Shown: positions 53,994 through 63,930 of the stretch, piece after piece
Layout of the letters: the number at the start of each line of letters is the position of its first letter
Numbering within the stretch: the stretch's first letter is position 1
Source: an uncultured bacterium
GTDB taxonomy: Bacteria; Verrucomicrobiota; Verrucomicrobiia; Verrucomicrobiales; V1-33
Reading direction: 5' to 3'
Length of the DNA stretch: 64,000 nt
NCBI GenBank assembly: GCA_903954065.1
Contig: CAJBME010000131.1
Span: forward strand, 16,906-80,905
The notes under the pieces: generated by a model
Databases searched by the model: none
Seen by the model: only the letters and a program-made list of their open reading frames with translations
What the model was told of the DNA's origin: nothing
Translations under genes and position numbers: made by a program

Positions 53994-55340
53994 TCACTCG
54001 CCAGCAGGGCGCGCTCCCCCGGCCTGAACTGCGTTCCGCAACTCATCCTCCCTCAGACCAGAAGCCGCGGGCCGCAACAACCTTCGGAAAACCACCTGAA
54101 GCTGAGCCCTCGCGTCTTCCGCCGCCTGCCCCAGCGGCCCGCGCAGAGCATCCCTCTGGCGATACAATTCCAAGATCCGGGCCACCGCCTCGTCATTGCC
54201 TACTTCCCGGCCATCCACCACCCAGCCGCCCGCCCCCACTGACTCAAACACTCCGGCAAACTTCATGCTGTAAGCCACCCCCACACAAGGCACACCCTGC
54301 GAGAGCGCAGCAATGCAGGCGTGCATCCGAGAACCAATGAAAAAGTCGCATTGTCCAATGACCCCCTTCATTTCATGCTGGTTGTATTCCCTCGTCACAA
54401 TCCTCACGCGAGGACGCAACGCCGCCGGGAGCGAGTCCCGAAGTTGGTAGCTCGCCGCCGGATCGCTCTCGACCCCGCCAGCTTCAGCAAAAGTATGCGG
54501 AATCAACCACACCTCGCCCGCATGCTCGTCGAGCAGCAACGGTAGTAGTTGTTTGAGAAAACCCGCATAGTCCATCTTCAGCCCGAACATGTTGTCCCGG
54601 GTGTAGCCGCCGTTCCACATCAGACCGTTCACATTCAGCCCAAGCACGCCCGGAGGCACCGGCCCGCTCAACGGCGGATCAGTCACCACCTCATCCGGCC
54701 GGCAGACATCCAGCGAAAAAGCGACATCCGGACTCAGCAGGATTTCCCGCCCCGGCGCCACCAGCGCCTGCGCCGCCGCCTGACTGCGCCGGTCGCGAGC
54801 AATAATCACCGATGACTTTCGCAAAATAAAACGCGCCAGCCAGCGCGCGACCGGACTCTTAAAAGGACCATAGGTCTGCGGAAACTGCACCATCGTCCCT
54901 TTGATCAGCAACACCGACCACACCGGCAAAAACGCCAGTACAAACCGCTTCAGTCCATAAATGTCGCTGAAACTGTCGCCTCCGCGCACGTCCCCCACCA
55001 CATCCGCCCCCGCCACCGAGTCGATCCACGGACTGAACCGCCGCAGCGCTAACCGCACCGCCGACAGGGGCACCGCCCAGTACACCAACGAAAGCAACAC
55101 CACGACCCCCACCTGCTTGCGCGGCGAAGCCACCGGCGACATCCGTAGATTCTCCACAGGAATCAGCCAGTCACGGCCACCCACCCGAAAAGAAACCGGC
55201 CGAGCCTCCCGGTTCACCAATAACAAAAATACCTCCCCACCACCCGACGCCCCAGCACACAGGTTCAATAACGAAGCCCCCAAGGCCAGCACTCCCCGAT
55301 TGCCGGAACTCACCGGCGTGCCCATAATGCCAATTTTCAT
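53994..55340 (-). CDS. Polysaccharide pyruvyl transferase family protein
   Basis: MKIGIMGTPVSSGNRGVLALGASLL is a family-typical N-terminus, followed by GDSFSDIYG and FIGSRMHACIAALSQGVP. Start trimmed to ATG 55340. Confidence 0.72.
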   Translation of the reverse strand: MKIGIMGTPVSSGNRGVLALGASLLNLCAGASGGGEVFLLLVNREARPVSFRVGGRDWLIPVENLRMSPVASPRKQVGVVVLLSLVYWAVPLSAVRLALRRFSPWIDSVAGADVVGDVRGGDSFSDIYGLKRFVLAFLPVWSVLLIKGTMVQFPQTYGPFKSPVARWLARFILRKSSVIIARDRRSQAAAQALVAPGREILLSPDVAFSLDVCRPDEVVTDPPLSGPVPPGVLGLNVNGLMWNGGYTRDNMFGLKMDYAGFLKQLLPLLLDEHAGEVWLIPHTFAEAGGVESDPAASYQLRDSLPAALRPRVRIVTREYNQHEMKGVIGQCDFFIGSRMHACIAALSQGVPCVGVAYSMKFAGVFESVGAGGWVVDGREVGNDEAVARILELYRQRDALRGPLGQAAEDARAQLQVVFRRLLRPAASGLREDELRNAVQAGGARPAGE

Positions 55341-55373
55341 ATGACCTGAAGAAGGGTCGACAAAAAAGCCCAT

Positions 55374-56750
55374 CTACCTCCTCCTCGCCTGCACGTAGAG
55401 ACCGTCAGTCAACCAACGTGAAAAAAGACCCAATGTTCGGCGGTTGCGCTCTACCAAGTGCGGATCAACCAAGCCCTGAACCGGCGACGGATCGAACCCA
55501 CCCGCCTGAAGCAGACCTCTCAAACCAGCTCGCGTCCACGGAGTCGCACCCATCGACTCCCGGTCCCATGGCATTTTGAAACGCGGGTTTTGCCAACGCA
55601 ACCGGTGTAGTCTAGCGCTATGAAAATTCGGCACTCGCACCATGAGTTGTCCGCCAGGGCAGAGCCAACGGCGCGCCTTCTCAATCAGTTTTTCCGGCGC
55701 ATCGAGTACCTGCAGCACATCACGCAGCAAGACCACGTCAGCTGGAGCGCCAGTCGATTCCTCGCTGACCACTGTAAGCCCCCGATGACGACAGCACTCG
55801 CCGACGACCGCATTCAGAGGAATGACGCTCACGGTGTTTCCCAAACGAGCCAAACCTTGTTCAAAGACTCCGTCGCCTGCACCCCAGACAAGCACTTTTT
55901 TACCTCCGCCAGCGAGCCACTTGTCAAAAATAGGATCCGCCAATTCCCGATACAACTTCGCCCCGTGAGATCCCGGCAAACGCGTCTCCGGCTCCAATAA
56001 CTCGCCCCGAGGAAGCCTCCCGGCCGCTACCTCACGCAATGCCGCCAGCTGCCATTCCATCTCCTCGTCGGGCAATCCATACCTACCAATGTATTTGTTG
56101 GGCAAATGCGGCAAACGAAACGCCAACAGTCGATCCACCGAGACCAGCCGCTCCAAGCCTCCCTTCGTGTACACGTCAGTGGCGGCCGAACACAGCATGT
56201 CAAACCTCCCCTCGTGCGGTTCGACAGGAAATCCTCCGTTGGCGATCACCTGCCGTAGCTGCCGCTGGCTGATCGCATAACACGCTGAATGCTCGTTCGA
56301 ATACCGTGCCCAGACTTCCCCGCCACGCATCCGCACTGAACCCGGCAGCCATCGGAAAAATGAATGACACGTCGAATAATAAAGCCGCCCATCCGGTCCC
56401 TGCTCGGTTCGCAAAAAACCAGCGACTTCAGACGGGTCCAACATTGATTCCGCTCCTATGAAGGCCTCCAACACCGGCCAAGTCAGCAGCGTATCGTCCT
56501 CAGAATAGATGAAATAATCAAAGTCTTCTAAGCGCTCAAGAAACAATGCCCGGTGCGCGAATGGTAGCGACCACGGATTCTCTGATGGCACTCCGACCCG
56601 CACCTCAACCCCAGGCCCGACATCCTTCGCAATATTCGACAGAATCACCACCTGCACATCAACCGGCATCGATTGATAGGCCGCCAGCAAACGGTCCAGA
56701 TAGTGTCGATTCCCCGTGCCGTGATTGGCAATGGCTACAAGTATCTTCAT
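55374..56750 (-). CDS. Two-domain protein: N-terminal GT-A-like/unknown domain plus C-terminal class I SAM methyltransferase
   Basis: N-terminus MKILVAIANHGTGN..FIYSEDDTLL (DxD-like). C-terminus KKVLVWGAGDGVFEQGLARLG (motif I)..CPGGQLMVRVPN. Confidence 0.5.
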   Translation of the reverse strand: MKILVAIANHGTGNRHYLDRLLAAYQSMPVDVQVVILSNIAKDVGPGVEVRVGVPSENPWSLPFAHRALFLERLEDFDYFIYSEDDTLLTWPVLEAFIGAESMLDPSEVAGFLRTEQGPDGRLYYSTCHSFFRWLPGSVRMRGGEVWARYSNEHSACYAISQRQLRQVIANGGFPVEPHEGRFDMLCSAATDVYTKGGLERLVSVDRLLAFRLPHLPNKYIGRYGLPDEEMEWQLAALREVAAGRLPRGELLEPETRLPGSHGAKLYRELADPIFDKWLAGGGKKVLVWGAGDGVFEQGLARLGNTVSVIPLNAVVGECCRHRGLTVVSEESTGAPADVVLLRDVLQVLDAPEKLIEKARRWLCPGGQLMVRVPNFHSARLHRLRWQNPRFKMPWDRESMGATPWTRAGLRGLLQAGGFDPSPVQGLVDPHLVERNRRTLGLFSRWLTDGLYVQARRR

Positions 56751-56792
56751 CCAACTCTAGAATACTAAAACTTTGATGTCACCATCACCTGC

Positions 56793-57800
56793 TCAGGGGA
56801 TCGGCGCTGATCCGTCCAGACTGTCGCGCAGCAACGGCCGCGGCCGGTCGGCTGAGTCCCACCACGGAAGTCGAACCAGCGCTACCAGCAGGCTACGCCC
56901 GCAAACGCCCCGCACCACACTCGCCACTCCCGGATTGTCGACCACGCTGCGCCACCTTTGATGCAGAGCCTCCATCCGCCTTCCCGAACGCCCATACGCC
57001 TCGCTCAAGTCAAAACGAGCTCCACTCAGTCTTCGCCGCATCAAGGCAAGCTCTTGGCGAGTCAACCGGGCGTCCGCCACCAACCCTTCATACAACCGAC
57101 ACCGGTTGCCATGAGATTCGACCGGACGCGTCTGGTGAATCGATGACAACGAGGAGGCCTCTGACTCAACTCGCCGCAGTTTTACACCAAGATACCGATT
57201 GACGACAAACGCGCCAGTCAACGCCACCCGCGCCAGAAATTCAACATCCTCATGGATTTGCATTCCCACCTTAAAACCACCCACGCGCTCGACCACCTCA
57301 CGCTTCAACAAGACGGCCTGGGTATAAAATGCAACACCCAAGACATCTTCCAGCGGCCGAGCTCGTACCGGAGACTTCTCAAATTCCTCCCCTATACCCC
57401 GCCCTTCCCACAGCGACAGTTGCCGCCCCCCTACACCACACAAGGCCACATCCACCGCATGACCTACGGCCTCAGGATGACGCTCAAGATCCGCCATCTG
57501 CCGCTCCAACTTCTCCGGCATCCACGTATCGTCGGAATCCAAAAAAGCTATCCATTGACCACGAGCTGCAGCCATCCCCACATTTCGCGCCGCACTTACC
57601 CCCGCATTGACCTGCCGAATCACCCGGATCCGGTCGCCATAAACTGCCAGCCGCACCTGCGTATCATCCGTCGATCCATCATCAACCACAATCACCTCGA
57701 AATCTCCCAGCGTCTGCCCCAATACACTGTCAACAGCCTCGGTGACACACAACCCACGGTTGTATGTGGGGATGATGACGCTAACCCGGGGGAGCTTCAT
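56793..57800 (-). CDS. Glycosyltransferase family 2
   Basis: VSVIIPTYNRG..VVDDGSTD..AFLDSDD. Start trimmed to ATG 57800. Confidence 0.85.
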   Translation of the reverse strand: MKLPRVSVIIPTYNRGLCVTEAVDSVLGQTLGDFEVIVVDDGSTDDTQVRLAVYGDRIRVIRQVNAGVSAARNVGMAAARGQWIAFLDSDDTWMPEKLERQMADLERHPEAVGHAVDVALCGVGGRQLSLWEGRGIGEEFEKSPVRARPLEDVLGVAFYTQAVLLKREVVERVGGFKVGMQIHEDVEFLARVALTGAFVVNRYLGVKLRRVESEASSLSSIHQTRPVESHGNRCRLYEGLVADARLTRQELALMRRRLSGARFDLSEAYGRSGRRMEALHQRWRSVVDNPGVASVVRGVCGRSLLVALVRLPWWDSADRPRPLLRDSLDGSAPIP

Positions 57801-57862
57801 AGGAAATACTTCTCGCTTAAGATAAAGACAAAGGGCCTTCGATACCCCAAAGGAACGAGCCC

Positions 57863-58828
57863 CTAGCGCTTGCCCAGACGCAAAACTTGATGAAGCCACT
57901 CGAAGGTTTCAAAGCCAAGAAATTGCGCCAAAACTCCGCCAACCTTTGTCCGATAGGCGGTGCGGTACCAGCTCGGGTGCAGGACTTGCGCGGTCTTAAC
58001 GAGCGCGGCCGCCTCCTCGCGCGCACCACGCCAATACAGCGTTCGCGCGATGCCAGTGAGTCGCTGAGAGATGGCAGAAGCAATTTTTTCGCGGTCTACA
58101 CCAGGCAGGTGTTCCATCGATCGCCAGAGATCCATCAAAATCTCCGCGGAGACAACGAACATGCGCTTTCCTGCTGAAAGGCTGACACTGCCATCCCGCC
58201 TGAATATCTTCGCCCCAATTTTCCCATTAGAAACAAAGCGAATCCCCAATTGCGCGGCCATCCGCAAATGCAAGTCAAACTCTTGCGCGCAGCGCAAATC
58301 AGCTCGAAAACCTCCTATAGCTTCCAAATCGCGTTTTCGATGCAAAGGACCGGGCGTGGAAGGTGCACCCCTCCGAATCATAAACTCCAAGTCGTGAGAC
58401 GGTCCCTGCCAATAATCGACCATCTTGGCCGCGCTCGCAGCATCACACGACTCCACGCCACAGCAGACTCTTTCATCATCGGCACACCGAAATGCCATTT
58501 TTCCTTCCACACAATCCGGCACTAACACGTCATCTGAATCCAAAAACTGAATGAATTCGCCGTGACCTAGCTCGATACCGCGATTCCGCGCCGCACACCC
58601 CCCACGATTGGGCCCTGTCTCCCAACGAATCGCGTCGCCAAAAGCCTTGATCGCCTTCAAACTCCCATCCGTGGAGCCATCATCAATGACGACGACCTCT
58701 ATAGGTTTCCACGTTTGATTCAAAGCACTGTGTATAGCATTTGTAATCCATGCTTCGCTGTTGAAGCATGGTATTATAATGCTGACAAGCGGCTGCATGC
58801 TCATTGGCGAGGTTTCAGGCGTCAACAC
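57863..58828 (-). CDS. Glycosyltransferase family 2
   Basis: VSIIIPCFNSEAWI..VIDDGSTDGS..QFLDSDD. Confidence 0.85.
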   Translation of the reverse strand: MLTPETSPMSMQPLVSIIIPCFNSEAWITNAIHSALNQTWKPIEVVVIDDGSTDGSLKAIKAFGDAIRWETGPNRGGCAARNRGIELGHGEFIQFLDSDDVLVPDCVEGKMAFRCADDERVCCGVESCDAASAAKMVDYWQGPSHDLEFMIRRGAPSTPGPLHRKRDLEAIGGFRADLRCAQEFDLHLRMAAQLGIRFVSNGKIGAKIFRRDGSVSLSAGKRMFVVSAEILMDLWRSMEHLPGVDREKIASAISQRLTGIARTLYWRGAREEAAALVKTAQVLHPSWYRTAYRTKVGGVLAQFLGFETFEWLHQVLRLGKR

Positions 58829-58882
58829 TGTACGGCGTCATCATCTGAAAATTAAAGCTACACTCAACCCCACGACTAGACC

Positions 58883-60301
58883 TTACTTGCCATCAACCGG
58901 CTCGCGATATCCCGTAGGTGCGGACAACGCACCACCACTTTGATGTGCACCAATATCCCAGCGATTGAGGCGCTGGCGACCGGAGAAATCGGTAGAGAAA
59001 AACTCGGACAGATCTTTTCCGGCACCTATCGCTCGCGAGCCCTTACGCAGGCGCACATGCGCTTCAGTTGTAGGGTTCAACGACTCCACCAAAAGTGGGT
59101 CGACGCCGTTTAATCCATGCGCATTCGAGTTGAACATTGTCCAGCCTCCGCCCTTGGTAGTACCGGCTCCAGCACCGATTACAAGGTTATAGTCTGCCTC
59201 CATGCCGGACAAGGGATAACCCTCGCCTTCAATCCAACCGTAAAAGCCTTGCCCCGTACTAGCTGGATTTACACCACACTTATAGAAAATATTATTGAAA
59301 AACTTTGTGTCGTTAGCGCTTCCCCTACTTGCAGTTCGCACAACCACAGACGAACCGTGTGTCGAAGGACTCTGCACCCATGTGTTATTAAAAAAACTAT
59401 GCCCAGGAGAGAACAAGTTCAAGGGTCCGCTAACCCGTATGAAAATGTTATTCCTCCAAGTCCAGTTTTTGATTCGGGCCGGATCGCCCACGTTATCAAT
59501 ATTCCCAAGCTGGGTACCGGAACAATTAACGACAAAATTACCTTCAATTACATTATCGACCGCCACATCGCCATTATTACCCCACGACTGAAATAGATCA
59601 GTATGCAACTCGGCAACACCTGGATTTGACCACTTTTCGAAAGTATTCCCTCGAATAATGCTGTTGTTTGCGAAAATCCAGTTCGCATCGGCTCCGTTCT
59701 GGCTTGAATAATAATTATTCTCAATGAGATGGTTTTTTCCTGTAATTGAAACCCCTACACCTTTTCCCTTCGCGTTAAGAAATTTGTTCCGGCGAATAAT
59801 ATGTCCCACAGGCCGAACCCCTTTGTCCGCCAACCCACCTGCTGCCATCGCGATATTATTTGGATAGGTTGTTGATTCCGGATTAAAAATACAATCCTGA
59901 ACAATGCAATAACCGCTCGTGACCGAAAAATTGATGCGACCACGAATGAACAGATGCTCAAACGTGAGGCGAGAATGGGCGACCGTAAAGGCCATCACAT
60001 CTGAGCCAGATGCTCCTCTTAAGACAATTGGCGCATCGGCGGTGCCACTGCGCTTGGTAGCAACAACCTCATCATACCAACCTGGTGCGATCAAAACCAC
60101 ATCTCCTGCCTGAGCCACATCAATACCCTTTTGCACGGTCAGGAACGGTTGCGTTTCCGTTCCCGGATGAACATCGCTGCCACTAATAGAAACGTGGTAG
60201 GTTGCCGCAGGACAAGCTATACTAAAAATGAGGGAGAGAGAGACCGTCAACAGGCACACCCGAACGCGGGCGACTCGGGAAAGGAGGTGAATCTGATTCA
60301 T
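58883..60301 (-). CDS. Secreted right-handed parallel beta-helix protein (DUF1565/pectate-lyase-fold; candidate polysaccharide-modifying enzyme)
   Basis: Start trimmed to ATG 60301 (signal peptide). ATYHVSISGSDVHPGTETQPFLTVQKGIDVAQAGDVVLIAPGWY is the typical DUF1565 N-terminus. Asn/Gly-rich beta-helix turns follow. Visibly lower G+C. Confidence 0.7.
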   Translation of the reverse strand: MNQIHLLSRVARVRVCLLTVSLSLIFSIACPAATYHVSISGSDVHPGTETQPFLTVQKGIDVAQAGDVVLIAPGWYDEVVATKRSGTADAPIVLRGASGSDVMAFTVAHSRLTFEHLFIRGRINFSVTSGYCIVQDCIFNPESTTYPNNIAMAAGGLADKGVRPVGHIIRRNKFLNAKGKGVGVSITGKNHLIENNYYSSQNGADANWIFANNSIIRGNTFEKWSNPGVAELHTDLFQSWGNNGDVAVDNVIEGNFVVNCSGTQLGNIDNVGDPARIKNWTWRNNIFIRVSGPLNLFSPGHSFFNNTWVQSPSTHGSSVVVRTASRGSANDTKFFNNIFYKCGVNPASTGQGFYGWIEGEGYPLSGMEADYNLVIGAGAGTTKGGGWTMFNSNAHGLNGVDPLLVESLNPTTEAHVRLRKGSRAIGAGKDLSEFFSTDFSGRQRLNRWDIGAHQSGGALSAPTGYREPVDGK

Positions 60302-60609
60302 GATCAAGTAATGGGGGGTTGGGATGCGAGAACATCCTGCGTGACTGTCAATTTCAGATACATTAGTGACTTTCACTCTCGTGAAGCAGACAGAGCCGAG
60401 GCTCTTTTGGGCGACGGCTGGCGGCTAACTTTACCCAAGGCCGTCAATTAAGCTGTTGGGCGGGCGACTCATCGGAAACCTGTGCTTATTCATAGCATTA
60501 GCAACGAGCAGAACTTAAAATTGTGGATCTAAAAACTAGGCTCTGTGCGAAGAATGACTAGAAGATGACGCTCAGAGGTAGCCTTAAGAATCGGCACCCA
60601 GATGCTGCA

Positions 60610-61956
60610 TTAACTGCAGCGACGCCAAGCATTTAGTGGGTTCGCAAACTCCTCGCTTTCTTGTTGATCCTCCTCCTCGATTGATTGCTCAGACGCTGTC
60701 CTGTTTTGCACAGCCCACAACGATCCGATCAAGGCTAAGTTCAGGAAAAGGAACATGTACGACTGGTCGAAAAACGACACTGAAATGCAAGTGGCGGCTT
60801 GGCCCAGCAAGGCCGCCCCCAGCGCCCAAATAAAGAATTGATCTTCCCAGGAAGCTTCTTCGGCCGCCCGGAGACATTGTCCCACGTAGCGAAAAGCCAC
60901 TCCCAAGGCTCCCATAAAAAGCAGCATCAGCGGAAGACCTCCGATCACTCCATACTGAAGGTAATGATTAGTGATATCTGTATGTTCTGGACTCCAAGAC
61001 ACGCCGGTGGGCATCCAGTGGCGGGTATAGTCCGTCCCGGCGAACCACCATTCACGCAAGTGGGCCAGTCCGGACTCGATAAGATAGGCTCGGTGCCATC
61101 CGGTACTGCTCCCCGTTAGGTCAATCCGCGCGATCAGATAATAGGCGGGCGCCTTCATGACAATGTCCAAAAATATATAGCCGAAAACTATTGCGAGCCG
61201 CATCTGACGGGTCAGGTGGCGCCAACGCCAGAGGCTGAGCGCGAAGATACCAAAGATCAGACTCATCAAGGGTCCGCTAGAACCGCTAGCCACAACCATA
61301 ATCACGCAGGCCGCGGCTCCGGCACCCGCGATGGCAGCATGCTTTCGGTAGAGGCCAACCATGTAGGGGAAGCATACAGCCCCGACTGTACCGGCGAGAA
61401 TCGGATGCATGAATGGCCCCTGAGCCCGCAGCCTCTCATTACGAACAATGACATTTTCTCCAACGCCCCCAAAGATGGCAAAAAGGTTATGACGCGTGAT
61501 CTGCTCTTGGAGCATCTCTAACGCTACAGGGATAAAAAGACAGGCCGTTACCTTAAGCACTCGCTCCACATCCTCCAGGCTCTGAACAAAAATCCGCATG
61601 AGGAAATAAATGCCTAAGACGTTGTAGGCTAATCCTAACCGAAAAACTAGTGGATTGCCTTCCGAGGTCGCCTCATGAAACGCGCTGCTTACGAGTGCCC
61701 AAGAGGCCCAGACGAGCATTATTTTGTCCAACCCATTTAGCCCGCCGACGACCCATTCACGACGCATTACCACCCTAATGATCCCGGCAGCAATGAGAAG
61801 CCTGACCATGTGTAGTGAAAAAAGTCCCAGATCAATCTTCTGCCCCATGGTCATGTAGCAGGCGGCGACTAGGAAGGGCATTGCCGCCCATCGGCGGGGG
61901 GCCGCGAGGATGGCAGCGGCCGCGATCAAAGTGAAGATGATAGCGAGGGCACTCAT
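60610..61956 (-). CDS. O-antigen ligase/polymerase-like (Wzy family) membrane protein
   Basis: About 10-12 TM helices with one large loop, in a polysaccharide-locus context. Visibly lower G+C. Confidence 0.65.
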   Translation of the reverse strand: MSALAIIFTLIAAAAILAAPRRWAAMPFLVAACYMTMGQKIDLGLFSLHMVRLLIAAGIIRVVMRREWVVGGLNGLDKIMLVWASWALVSSAFHEATSEGNPLVFRLGLAYNVLGIYFLMRIFVQSLEDVERVLKVTACLFIPVALEMLQEQITRHNLFAIFGGVGENVIVRNERLRAQGPFMHPILAGTVGAVCFPYMVGLYRKHAAIAGAGAAACVIMVVASGSSGPLMSLIFGIFALSLWRWRHLTRQMRLAIVFGYIFLDIVMKAPAYYLIARIDLTGSSTGWHRAYLIESGLAHLREWWFAGTDYTRHWMPTGVSWSPEHTDITNHYLQYGVIGGLPLMLLFMGALGVAFRYVGQCLRAAEEASWEDQFFIWALGAALLGQAATCISVSFFDQSYMFLFLNLALIGSLWAVQNRTASEQSIEEEDQQESEEFANPLNAWRRCS

Positions 61957-61960
61957 GGCT

Positions 61961-62968
61961 TTAAGACACGACAGTCAGAGGGCAGGCACTTGAGGAGGAA
62001 GCCACCTTCAACCCCTTTCCAACCCGGTCGATTCCCATGGCCCATTGGAGGATGTACCACCATTTCAAGGTGGTTCGACGGGCGACGGCGCGCAGACTGC
62101 AGGGCGGGAGCAGGGCAGAGAAGGGGGCAGACACGATGAGGCGAATGATCGCGGACACAATCTGCAAGAGCCAGTAACAGCGAGCTGTCACCGCCCCATG
62201 ATTCACCTTCATGTAGATGAAATTTGTAGAACGGATGAGCACGGTGCTGAAGTGAGTGACTTGCTGGCTGGAACTACCGCTTCCGTGATGAACGACCTCC
62301 GCCTCCGGCACATGGATAACCTCCAAACCGGCGTGGTGAAGTCTGTAACTCAGATCCATATCCTCGCCGTACATGAAGTAGTGGTGAGAAAACCCTCCGA
62401 GCTGGCGGTAGATCTCTGCCGGAAGCAACATGCACGCGCCGCTGACAGCCTCGACAACGACCGGTGTCCGGCTGGTGAAAGCCTTCCCAGTACCCCAGAG
62501 GCGCGAGTGAGGAAACATGGAGCGCAGCAGATCCGAATCGAGCGCCTGATTTAAGGGAGTGGGAAAAGCCTGGACACAACTAGTCTGCAGAGACCGGTCG
62601 GTGTTCAGGAGGCGTGGGGCAATCAAGCCGGCACGGGGACGGGACTTCAGTTCCGCCAACATCCGCTGAACACTGCCCGGCTGGAGCTCGGTGTCGGGAT
62701 TGAGGAGCATCACCACTTCCGCGGTGACATGTGAAAACCCTAGATTATTGCACTGTCCGAAGCCGATATTCTCTTGGCTCTGAACGAAGTGAACATAGGG
62801 AAATTCGGCTGCCAACATCTCACCGCACCCATCGAAGGAGGCGCCATCGACCACGATAATTTCGGGCGAAAGCTCGGCGCAAGTGGCGGCCACTGCGCGC
62901 AGGCAGCCCCGGAGGTAATCCTTGGACCGCCAATTGACGATAACGATGGACAAGGAGGGAGGCGTCAT
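61961..62968 (-). CDS. Glycosyltransferase family 2
   Basis: LSIVIVNWRSKDYL..VVDGASFDG..MYGEDMDLSYR. Confidence 0.85.
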   Translation of the reverse strand: MTPPSLSIVIVNWRSKDYLRGCLRAVAATCAELSPEIIVVDGASFDGCGEMLAAEFPYVHFVQSQENIGFGQCNNLGFSHVTAEVVMLLNPDTELQPGSVQRMLAELKSRPRAGLIAPRLLNTDRSLQTSCVQAFPTPLNQALDSDLLRSMFPHSRLWGTGKAFTSRTPVVVEAVSGACMLLPAEIYRQLGGFSHHYFMYGEDMDLSYRLHHAGLEVIHVPEAEVVHHGSGSSSQQVTHFSTVLIRSTNFIYMKVNHGAVTARCYWLLQIVSAIIRLIVSAPFSALLPPCSLRAVARRTTLKWWYILQWAMGIDRVGKGLKVASSSSACPLTVVS

Positions 62969-63885
62969 GAGAGAGCTGAGTTTCCGGAAGTCGGCCTCGT
63001 TTGTGACACGACAGGACGGGACATTTTCGGCAGTTGAAGCAAGTTGTGCAAACGCGTTAACTGCTCCCGCTGAACGAACAGCCTCAGATCGTCAGGAATG
63101 AGCCGAGGTGTCCCACTTATACCCGCAGAAACGAATCCTAAAGCACGCGCGGTCGTCGCCGCGAGAACCGGAGGCTCATTCCAACGTGCAACACATTTGA
63201 TGAACTCGAATAGCGGATGATAGCCCAAGGCTCGATCCCGCGCTCCCAGCTGCCAATTTCTTCGAAAAACCCCACCCTTCGCGGCGTTGCGAGGCTTCAA
63301 ATGCTCGACGACCAGATCCATTAAAAGCCGCGTATCGTATCCCAACTGTCGAGCCCGTGCACAAGTCAAAGCGTCCCAGCCACCTTCGGGAATCGCTAAC
63401 AACCCCCCCAATAATTCAAAACACTCGCGTCGAAAAAACTGCACGGCCCCCGGGACATCCATTTGGTTACGGGGTCGTTCGTGACGCGGCCTTCCTACAT
63501 CCAGCACCACGCCTCCGGCTAGCCCCAACGTCGGAGAATCCTCGAACGCGGCCAAGACCCGCGCAAAATAGTCTGGCTCGAAACGCACGTCCGCGTCCAA
63601 AAGGCCAATAAACTCATAATCAGTAGTCTGCAGCGCTGCCAATCCTATTTCAGTCGCCCGCACGACCGCTGCGAAGCAATGGCTGTCGCGCGGAGCAAGG
63701 GGCACCAAGCGTATCCACGGCCACTTTGCCGATGCTTCAAGCACAAGTCTATCTGTGCCGTCAGTCGAACCATCACTGACGATGATCCATTCGGCTGGGC
63801 GCACAGACTGTCGGCTCACCGCAGCGAGAGTCTCCCCAATAAAAGCCTCCTCGTTTCTAGCTGGAGTAATGAGAACGTAAGACAT
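62965..63885 (-). CDS. Glycosyltransferase family 2 (GT-A)
   Basis: SYVLITPARNEE..IIVSDGSTDGTD..GLLDADV. ATGA overlap with the downstream GT2 gene. Confidence 0.8.
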   Translation of the reverse strand: MSYVLITPARNEEAFIGETLAAVSRQSVRPAEWIIVSDGSTDGTDRLVLEASAKWPWIRLVPLAPRDSHCFAAVVRATEIGLAALQTTDYEFIGLLDADVRFEPDYFARVLAAFEDSPTLGLAGGVVLDVGRPRHERPRNQMDVPGAVQFFRRECFELLGGLLAIPEGGWDALTCARARQLGYDTRLLMDLVVEHLKPRNAAKGGVFRRNWQLGARDRALGYHPLFEFIKCVARWNEPPVLAATTARALGFVSAGISGTPRLIPDDLRLFVQREQLTRLHNLLQLPKMSRPVVSQTRPTSGNSALS

Positions 63886-63930
63886 GGGTCAGGAGGCGAA
63901 GCTTTCTGGTGCGGCGTCCACTGTGATCAC

